From: Eledone cirrhosa
Lineage: Eukaryota
Direction: 5' to 3'
Assembly (NCBI GenBank): GCA_964016885.1
Contig: OZ024742.1
Location: 349,742,001-349,806,000, forward strand
Length of the DNA: 64,000 bases
Below are positions 1 to 8,969 of the stretch, piece after piece. The stretch's first letter is position 1; each line of letters opens with the position of its first letter. The position numbers and the translations under genes are program-made. The notes beneath the pieces were generated by a model. That model was given only the letters and a program-made list of their open reading frames with translations. It made no database searches and was not told the origin of the DNA.

Positions 1-734
1 AACTTTACAATGTCATCTTATGGCTTTCACTTTGGTAATATTTACTGTGTATGTTAAGAAAAGATGGAAGTACAAATATTTCTTTGGTATTTTTAGTTAT
101 CTATATTTCTACATGTGATATACAAAAGTAGTTATCCTTCGTCTTAGTTGACCAAGCAATAGAACAATGTACGTATGTATGTAACTCCTGATGGAGTTTG
201 GGGGACACCGTTGTAATATACAGTGTGTTAAGGGTAATTTAAGCCTGGCGGAGCCCATCCAGCACATCTTCTTATCTGAAATAAATCGATTTCTTCCAGA
301 GAAAGAAAGCGAGGTGAAATGACAAAGAGATATAGAGGAATAATCAACGAATACCACAAAGTATTCTTTAACGGCTCGGCCAATCCCCACCCCAGTAGAA
401 CAAGAACAACTTCACCTTCTCAAATACAAAATACAACATCTAACAAAACACACACCAACTACAAATATTGTTTATTAGGTTAATCAACGCCCTCTGGTTT
501 GAGAATGGATTAATATGCTACGAAGAAACCCAGAAAACGGGTCACAACACGTAACATACATAACCAAAGATTTACAGAATTTATTACAAAACCACCTTTT
601 TAGCAGCAGGAAACCTCAAACTTTCAGGTCACATACTTTATACAATCAATGTAATATACTTCTTAGGTATAATATCAACATACATTTCCGTAAATACGCT
701 AACTCCTTTTAAAATATAAATTGTAAGAAATTTG

Positions 735-1380
735 GAAATAAAGACCACTAAAAGATGACCTAGAAAATAGCACATATAAACAAATACTTAATAAGAATAT
801 CATTAAGACTCTCGCACATACACATAATATAACTTTGAAGTTGAAAACATTGCGCAGAAATTGAAATTACAAAATAGATTAGAATGTCTAGCTACGTGTG
901 AGGCATATTTCACACTTAAAGACTACAAAGAACATTTATTTCTAATTCAAAATATAAGTTAATTTATCCAGCTACGACAGAGATAAGACATAATCAGCAA
1001 GAAAATCCCGAGTATGATTAATAATGGCATTAGAGAAGGAATCAGATGTGAGGAATGGAAAAAGGAGAGGAACCAGCTTAGTTAACAACCTTAACAATAA
1101 ACAACAGTGTAACTTTGACATTGTTGATTTTTAGCCTTAGATCACAACCTCTACTCTCTCGCGCTCGAGACTTCGCCAGAAATTACAATATCAGAAACAA
1201 TATACAAACATAGAAATTGCTATGAACTCAATAAAAACTCTGATTTTCAATTAGGATTCTTCTGTTTGGGTCAAAAGACCAAATACATTCAATATCAGTA
1301 TGTATTGTTTCACAGCGCAGATAAACGCCATTTCATTGGTTTATATGTACTAGATGTACTAAATTGTAAATTCACTACAA
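735..1380 (+). pseudogene. Decayed Penelope-like element (PLE) reverse transcriptase fragment
   Basis: Manual translation across stops and frameshifts gives ordered motifs: YKQILNKNIIKT (~775-810), ENIAQKLKLQNRLECLATCEAYFTLKDYKEH (843-935), KLIYPATTEI..ISKKI (~955-1010), NFDIVDF*P*IT (~1111-1146), MNSIKTLIFN..VWVKR (~1222-1280) and SAD..FIGLYVLDVL (~1315-1362). These follow the order of invertebrate PLE RT motifs as recalled (AFITLKDHKENF, RLINPAKSEIG, FDIVDFYPSI, KSLLF..WVK, MGSYDGAEVCELVGLYIL). Not database-verified. Confidence 0.75.
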
Positions 1381-2131
1381 CAACCGACATACAATCAATA
1401 CCTTTAAGAAATTGCTCATTAGCACACGAAAGAAATTGCTACAACGGTTGTGATTTGGCAAATACGTATTAAAGCTAGAAATGTTTTGGCGATAATAAAT
1501 TTGAAGTTTAAGAACAAATAAAACAAAAACAAACAAAACCAAACAATTAGAAAACAACAAAAATAAAGGTGGTTCAAATCACATAATGGCACGGGATCAA
1601 TTCATATTGTGGGGGAGGAGTATGTAATTTTATCTTTGAAACCACTGACTTCTGAAGCGTTAATGAAAGAATGTGCTGCTTTATCGAAGATTTCTCCATT
1701 TCAAGAAATGTTTGAAATTCTCCTACTGATATAACTAAATTAGAAAGAAAAACTATGATTTAGGTGATAAGAATTATGTTTATATATTTGAGTTTCTCGT
1801 TTTATAGAAGTTAAGTGCGACGTCAAGGAAGTTCACAATACTAAGATAAGTAGATGTGGTTATTGGTTATCGACATTTTTTAATGTGTTAACGATATCTT
1901 TCTAAAAAGTGTTTAATATATCTCAGTTGACATTATATGAGTCACCAACCCGCCACCTTTAAATAATCATATGTCTCATCAATAGAATTTTGTAGTATAG
2001 AATAGACAGAATGTGGATATATTATATATCTATAATGTCAATATTATACAGTGTCTCTTAGGTACCGCGTCACTTGAGGTAGCCTGCTGCGTCTATCAGG
2101 TGCAGTGACAGAGGAGCAGTCTTTGAATTTC

Positions 2132-2297
2132 TACGTACGTACGTACGTACGTACGTACGTACGTACGTACGTATGTATGTATGTATGTATGTATGTATGT
2201 ATGTATGTATGTATGTATGTATGTATGTATGTATGTATGTATGTATGTATGTATGTATGTATGTATGTATGTATGTATGTATGTATGTATGTATGTA

Positions 2298-2362
<65 letters not shown>
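2132..2362. repeat. Compound microsatellite (ACGT)10-(ATGT)33-(GT)23-(ATGT)3
   Basis: Read directly: ACGT 2133-2172, ATGT 2173-2304, GT 2305-2350, ATGT 2351-2362. Confidence 0.97.
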
Positions 2363-2678
2363 TCTTCTGGTTTTATAATTTCACAAAGTTTTCCCAATAG
2401 AGAGAGAGAGTCGGTTTCTAACATAGACACAAGACTCTCTCATTGGAATTTACACAATATCAACTAGGTAGATATGTATGTATGCATGCATGTGTAGATA
2501 TGGATGTTATTGTATGTGTAGATGTGTATGTTTTGAGTTGTATGTGTGCATGTGTATATGCTTTATATCTGTACATGTGTATATGCAGTTATTAGATGCA
2601 ACATTTTTGGAATGTTTTACATATTTTTACTGTTCCATTAATGGATTGTACTTGTAATTTCCTAACTAGTTGTGTTCT
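2361..2678 (-). mobile_element. Heavily 5'-truncated non-LTR retrotransposon 3' end (R4/Dong-like), copy 1
   Basis: Near-identical to 2942-3258. It holds the last ORF codons ([23 protein letters not shown]) plus the 3' UTR and is flanked by (ATGT)n on both sides. Confidence 0.8.
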
Positions 2679-2681
2679 AAC

Positions 2682-2754
2682 TATGTATGTATGTATGTAT
2701 GTATGTATGTATGTATGTATGTATGTATGTATGTATGTATGTATGTATGTATGT
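2682..2754. repeat. (TATG)n microsatellite
   Basis: Directly visible. Confidence 0.97.
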
Positions 2755-2941
2755 CCCAATAACTTAATTTAGTTATTGTATTGCTCTAGCCGGAGGTATA
2801 TGGTCTGTAATTCGAAGAAATACTTATGATGGCTAGTAGACCACTGATGATGGATAGTTCTGGCTTCTATTTCTAATTCTTTATTATATATATCATATTT
2901 GCAACAACACAGCTCGCCATTTTTCATTCATATGTATATAT

Positions 2942-3506
2942 GTTCTTTTGGTTTTATAATTTCACAAACTGTTGCCAATAGAGAGAGAGAGTCGGTTTCT
3001 AACATAGACACAAGACTCTCTCATTGGAATTTACACAACATCAACTAGGTAGATATGTATGTATGCATGCATGTGTAGATATGGATGTTATTGTATGTGT
3101 GGATGTGTATGTTTTGAGTTGTATGTGTGCATGTGCATATGCTTTGTATCTGTACATGTGTATATGCAGTTATTAGATGCAAAACCTTTAGAATGTTTTA
3201 CATATTTTTACTGTTCCATTAATGGATTGTACTTGTAATTTCCTAACTAGTTGTGTTCTTTCTATTCCTGTGAAGCATAGCTTCTCAAGATTTGTATTGA
3301 GGCAGTTACTAACATACCCCAGTGCCCCAATAGTCACTGGCATAAACCTGAAGGTATAGTCAGGGTGGAGTATCTGCAGATTTCTCATTAGTTCTGCATA
3401 AATATTCTCCTTTTCGCTAATTTTTGATATTATATTGGCATCTGCTGGACAGCTAACTTCCACTACTGTGCATGCCTTCTTTTCCCTGTCCCATATCATT
3501 ATATCT
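2942..3506 (-). mobile_element. 5'-truncated non-LTR retrotransposon with C-terminal restriction-like endonuclease (R4/Dong-like), copy 2
   Basis: Minus-strand open frame 3188-3505 reads DIMIWDREKKACTVVEVSCPADANIISKISEKENIYAELMRNLQILHPDYTFRFMPVTIGALG...GTVKICKTF*. This matches the RLE pattern (P)D..E..P..K..KY..L..P..GxxG and is followed by a ~245-bp 3' UTR. The N-terminal YIHT of the listed ORF is only microsatellite. Confidence 0.85.
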
Positions 3507-3576
3507 ATATGTGTGTATGTATGTATGTATGTATGTATGTATGTATGTATGTATGTATGTATGTATGTATGTATGT
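3507..3576. repeat. (TATG)n microsatellite
   Basis: Directly visible. Confidence 0.95.
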
Positions 3577-4160
3577 ACAACCAGTCTCATGGTCGGGTCG
3601 TTGGCGACTAAACTGGCAACCCCACCAAGGTTTCTTGGTGAGGAGGGTGACTTTGGACATCCTGCAGGACTAAAAACAAAACCTGTCAAAGGGCAAAGAA
3701 GCTCTTAAGAGTCAATGGCCATCCAAAATCACCGGGAGAGATGACCCCTTATCCTTTGTCAAGGCAGAATTCTAGGAGAAGAAAACTCTGATATAACACC
3801 TGCAACCCTGATGGTATCCAATGATGTTGACTTGTTCTTCTTTTTGGTAAATATCATCTTGGTTAAGAGAGTGGGACTGGCTTTGTGCAGTGCCTTTGCT
3901 CACTATAAAATCTTCACGGCATAGGCATTGCTTTATATCGTGAGATCTCTCTGCACTTGTCACATAGTACCATGGGCCCAGCACTATGTGTCAATAATTG
4001 TCACAAGTGTAGTGTTTGTACCAGAGTTTTCAAGTCGCTGGCTGGACTAAAAGGTCAGACTCGTTCAGCACATCGGTAGGGGTTCTCCTACATGGATATA
4101 AAGTAGTGGCCGTACTCGAAAACGAGTTGGCAGCCACCATGTATATATGTATGTATGTAT
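3575..4160 (+). mobile_element. Non-autonomous retroelement (SINE-like, probably derived from an RTE-type LINE UTR), copy A, 5'-clipped
   Basis: 3575-3730 aligns with 4205-4355 (gtacaacc...gactaaactggcaacccc...aaaaacaaaacc.gtcaaa...gagtcaa.ggccatccaa). 3770-3940 aligns with 4385-4560 and 4612-4797. The 3' end tactcgaaaacgag..ggcagcca followed by a TATG tail matches ~5005-5045. No ORF. The RTE link is from recall. Confidence 0.65.
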
Positions 4161-4168
4161 GTGTGTCA

Positions 4169-4245
4169 GGTTACTCTTCAGTGCTACTGGTAACATGTAA
4201 CCCAGTACAACCTGTGCATAGTTGGGCCGTCGGTGACTAAACTGG
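4169..4245 (+). ncRNA. Candidate degenerate HDV-like self-cleaving ribozyme
   Basis: Order fits the HDV double pseudoknot: P1 ggttact (4169-75, partly mismatched), J1/2 hairpin cagt-gct-actg, P2 ccagt (4202-06), P3 ac/gt around loop aacct containing CC, P1' catagtt (4217-23), GG, short P4, J4/2 ctaa (4237-40), P2' actgg (4241-45). Manual fit only. Confidence 0.45.
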
Positions 4246-4809
4246 CAACCCCATCAAGCTGTCTTGGTGGGGAGGCTGATTTTGGACACCCTGCGGGATG
4301 AAAAACAAAACCCGTCAAAAGGCGGAGGAATTCAGGAGAGTCAACGGCCATCCAATAAAGTTTTTGTGGAGCGAGAGACTCCTAGTCTTCACGAGAAGGT
4401 CACTCTGATATAAAACCTGTGACCTCGTTTGCATCCAATGATATAGACCAGTTCTTCTTTTTGGGTAAATGCATTTGATGTTCAATGAGTGGGATTGATG
4501 CCGTGCAAAACCTTACCTCACTTAAAAATGCTTCAATCACAGGCATCGCTTGATATGTGATATCCTTTGCGTTGCATGACATTGCAGGCCACAGGCAAGT
4601 CCCTAACAGGACTTCTAGGAGAAGGCAACTCAGGAAACTGGGATAACTCCGGTATAAAACCTGCGGCTCAGTAGTTACCGATGATGTTGATCTTATCTTC
4701 TTTTCTGGTTATAGCTATTGTCGCTCAGAGAGTGGGATTGGCTCAGTGTACAGTCTTTCTTCACTTTAAAAACATCTTTGCACACAAGCATTGCACGATG
4801 GAATTAATT

Positions 4810-4985
4810 AATTGCTTCTACGTTAGGCACAAGGCCAGCAATTACCCAGTGCATTACTGGTACTTTATTTTATCGACCCCGTAAGGAAGAAAGGCAAAGT
4901 CAACCTCGGCGGGATTTGAACTCAGATCGTAAAGGGACGTAACTATGCTGGAAAGCATGGCGTCCGAACCTCTAATTACTAATAA
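4810..4985 (-). mobile_element. tRNA-derived SINE fragment (Meta-domain-like core)
   Basis: The reverse complement has B-box GAGTTCAAATCC (4912-4923) followed by gccgaggttgactttgcctttcttccttacggggtcgataaaataaagtaccag, resembling the conserved SINE core gccttycatccttycgrggtcgrtaaaatragtacc. Confidence 0.75.
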
Positions 4986-5035
4986 TGGTAGATCGTGCAA
5001 TGACCATACTCGATAACGAGGGGGCAGCCATTATC

Positions 5036-5150
5036 TTGTATGTGTGTATGTACGTATGTATGTATATTTGTATATTTGTATGTATGATTGCATATATATG
5101 TATATATTTGTGGGTGTATATGTGTGCATGTGTGTGTGTATGTGTGTGTA
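5036..5150. repeat. Degenerate (TATG)/(TG)/(TA) low-complexity tract
   Basis: Directly visible. Confidence 0.9.
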
Positions 5151-5323
5151 TTAGCAGGATATCCGGCGTTACCCAGACACAACGGTACCTATAACCAAGA
5201 AACATTCTTAATGAAATCACATTCTATTTAAAAGAACAAGTTTTCTCTAGAAAAGTTAGTTTTCTTGTAATAAATAAAATATTTTTCAACTACGTTTAGT
5301 CCATATCTATTACATTGTGCTGC

Positions 5324-5650
5324 GAAGGCGCGTGGCTTTGTGGTTAGGAAATTCGGCTCACACTCGTAATGTCGTGAGTTCGATTCCCGGTAGTGTGTTG
5401 TGTCCTTGAGCAAGACACTTTATTTCACGTTGCCCCAGTCCACTCTGCTGGCAAAAAAGGAGTTGTGCCTGTAATTCGAAGGGCCAACCTTATCACATTC
5501 TGTTACACGCTGAATCTCCGTGAGAACTACGTTAAGGGTACGCGTTTCTGTGGCATCCTCAGCCACCTGCATGTTAATTTCACGAGCAAGCTGTTCCGCT
5601 GATCGTATCAATTGGAACACTAGTCGTCGCAACCGACGGAGTACTAGTTA
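5324..5650 (+). mobile_element. Near full-length tRNA-derived SINE (CORE-like)
   Basis: Pol III A-box TGGCTTTGTGG (5333-5343) and B-box GAGTTCGATTCC (5376-5387), then the core gtgtccttgagcaagacactttatttcacgttgccccagtccactc. The body is GC-richer than the AT-rich flanks and ends ~5650. Confidence 0.85.
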
Positions 5651-6164
5651 CAATTATATTATACTACAGACATGTTTTCATTTATATTTGATAATTTAAT
5701 TGTGTAAATGTCAGTATATCTAATTATTACATAATATATTAGAACATAACATTAAGTAGAAGTGAAAATACTTCCATATTTCATTGGAAACTATTATTAA
5801 ATAGAATATTTTAACTTTTATAACTTTTATTCTTGAAATAACTTTTAAAATTTGTAGAAAGCAGACGGTCGGGTGTGTAAGCCTTTTATTGGAATTATAT
5901 AATTTTTGAACGAGAGGAAACTGGATCGTATTGAGGAAAGCCAAAGACTGATGTTTAAATACAAAAACTTGCCATATGAGGTATTCTCGTTAACTGGGGT
6001 GTACAGTATGGAGTTTTCCAGTGGCATTGTCAAAACCATTGTTTATGTGTGTGTGTGTGACAGCTCACACCTATGCAGGTTTAGCTGGCCTCATCGAAGG
6101 TATATCTCGTTGGAGGTGTCTAGGGTAATTTAATGATAGATACCCCAGTATTATCATCACATTT

Positions 6165-6262
6165 CTATAGCTGAGTAAACTGGAGCAATGTGAAATAAAG
6201 TGTTTGCTCAAGGAAACAACACATCACCCGGTTCGAGAATTGAACTCACACCCTTTCCATTG
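6165..6262 (-). mobile_element. SINE fragment related to the 5324 element, with its head cut off by the satellite
   Basis: Reverse complement: gtgagttcaattctcg...gtgttgtttccttgagcaaacactttatttcacattgctccagtttactcagct, which aligns with 5374-5450. The B-box is present. The A-box position is occupied by the satellite. Confidence 0.8.
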
Positions 6263-8969
6263 CACAGAGAGACATTGAACAGAGAGACATTGAACAGAGA
6301 GACATTGAACAGAGAGACACTGAACAGAGAGACATTGAACAGAGAGACATTGAACAGAGAGACATTGAAACAGAGATACACAGAACAGAGAGACATTGAA
6401 CAGAGAGACATTGAACAGAGAGACATTGAACAGAGAGACATTGAACAGAGAGACATTGAACAGAGGGACATTGAACAGAGAGACATTGAACAGAGAGACA
6501 CTGAACAGAGAGACATTGAACAGAGAGACACTGAACAGAGAGACATTGAACAGAGAGACATTGAACAGAGAGACATTGAACAGAGAGACATTGAACAGAG
6601 AGACATTGAACAGAGGGACATTGAACAGAAGGACATTGAACAGAGAGACATTGAACAGAGAGACATTGAACAGAGAGACACTGAACAGAGAGACACTGAA
6701 CAGAGAGACATTGAACAGAGAAACATTGAACAGAGAGACACTGAACAGAGAGACATTGAACAGAGAGACATTGAACAGAGAGACATTGAACAGAGAGACA
6801 CTGAACATAGAGACACTGAACAGAGAGACATTGAACAGAGAGACATTGAACAGAGAGACACTGAACAGAGAGACATTGAACAGAGAGACATTGAACAGAG
6901 AGACATTGAACAGAGAGACATTGAACAGAGAGACATTGAACAGAGGGACATTGAACAGAGAGACATTGAACAGAGGGACATTGAACAGAGGGACATTGAA
7001 CAGAGAGACATTGAACAGAGAGACACTGAACAGAGAGACACTGAACAGAGAGACATTGAACAGAGAGACATTGAACAGAGAGACATTGAACAGAGAGACA
7101 TTGAACAGAGAGACATTGAACAGAGGGACATTGAACAGAGAGACATTGAACAGAGGGACATTGAACAGAGGGACATTGAACAGAGAGACATTGAACAGAG
7201 AGACACTGAACAGAGAGACACTGAACAGAGAGACATTGAACGGAGAGATATTGAACGGAGAGACATTGAACAGAGAGACATTGAACAGAGAGACACTGAA
7301 CAGAGAGACATTGAACAGAGGGACATTGAACAGAGAGACATTGAACAGAGGGACATTGAACAGAGGGACATTGAACAGAGAGACATTGAACAGAGAGACA
7401 CTGAACAGAGAGACACTGAACAGAGAGACATTGAACAGAGAGACATTGAACAGAGAGACATTGAACAGAGAGACATTGAACAGAGGGACATTGAACAGAG
7501 AGACATTGAACAGAGGGACATTGAACAGAGGGACATTGAACAGAGAGACATTGAACAGAGAGACACTGAACAGAGAGACACTGAACAGAGAGACATTGAA
7601 CAGAGAGATATTGAACGGAGAGACATTGAACAGAGAGACATTGAACAGAGAGACACTGAACAGAGAGACACTGAACAGAGAGACATTGAACAGAGAGACA
7701 TTGAACAGAGAGACACTGAACAGAGAGACACTGCACGGAGAGACATTGACCAAAGAGACATTGAACAGAGAGTCACTGTACAGAGAGACATTGAACAGAG
7801 AGATATTGAACAGAGAGACACTGAACAAAGAGACATTGAACAGAGAGACACTGAACAGAGAGACATTGAACAGAGAGACATTGAACAGAGAGACACTGAA
7901 CAGAGCGACATTGACCAGAGAGACATTGAACAGAGAGACACTGAACAGAGAGACATTGAACAGGGAGACAGTGAACAGAGAGACATTGAACAGAGAGACA
8001 TTGAACAGAGAGACATTGAACAGAGAGACACTGAACAGAGAGACATTGAACAGAGAGACAGTGAACAGAGAGACATTGAACAGAGAGACATTGAACAGAG
8101 AGACATTGAACAGAGAGACATTGAACAGAGAGACATTGAACAGAGAGACACTGAACAGAGAGACATTGAACAGAGAGACATTGAACAGAGAGACACTGAA
8201 CAGAGAGACATTGAACAGAGAGACACTGAACAGAGAGACATTGAACAGAGAGACACTGAACAGAGAGACACTGAACAGAGAGACATTGAACAGAGAGACA
8301 CTGAACAGAGAGACATTGAACAGAGAGACACTGAACAGAGAGACATTGAACAGAGAGACACTGAACAGAGAGACATTGAACAGAGAGACATTGAACAGAG
8401 AGACATTGAACAGAGAGACATTGAACAGAGAGACACTGAACAGAGAGACACTGAACAGAGAGACATTGAACAGAGAGACACTGAACAGAGAGACATTGAA
8501 CAGAGAGACACTGAACAGAGAGACACTGAACAGAGAGACATTGAACAGAGAGACATTGAACAGAGAGACACTGAACAGAGAGACATTGAACAGAGAGACA
8601 TTGAACAGAGAGACACTGAACAGAGAGACATCGTACAGAGAGATACTGAACAGAGAGACATTGAACAGAGAGACACTGAACAGAGAGACATTGAACAGAG
8701 AGACATTGTACAGAGAGACACTGAACAGAGAGACATTGAACAGAGAGACATTGAACAGAGAGACAGTGAACAGAGAGACACTGAACAGAGAGACACTGAA
8801 CAGAGAGACATTGAACAGAGAGACATTGAACAGAGAGACACTGAACAGAGAGACATTGAACAGAGAGACATTGAACAGGGAGACATTGAACAGAGAGACA
8901 CTGAACAGAGAGACACTGAACAGAGAGACATTGAACAGAGAGACACTGAACAGTGATACATTGAACAGA

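Larger units (their letters stand above)
4169..5045 (+). mobile_element. Non-autonomous retroelement, copy B (longer 5' end, internal module duplicated, interrupted by a SINE)
   Basis: Homologous to 3575-4160. It begins right after a microsatellite at ggttactc and ends tactcgataacgagggggcagcca before a TATG-type tail. Confidence 0.6.

Noticed and set aside
109-712. Short ORFs 109-390 and 515-712
   Set aside because: No recognisable domain. They may be old repeat or PLE N-terminal debris, but I cannot support a call.
2105-2467. YVCM/YIHT repeat ORFs, also at 3453-3708 and 4972-5220
   Set aside because: They are translations of TATG/GT microsatellites.
4169-4300. Twister or hammerhead ribozyme
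   Set aside because: The conserved cores (twister GGUCCCAAGCCC-like; hammerhead CUGANGA with GAAA in stems) were not found. An HDV-like topology fits better.
5324-5395. tRNA gene
   Set aside because: A and B boxes are present, but there is no convincing acceptor stem and the sequence continues into a SINE core.
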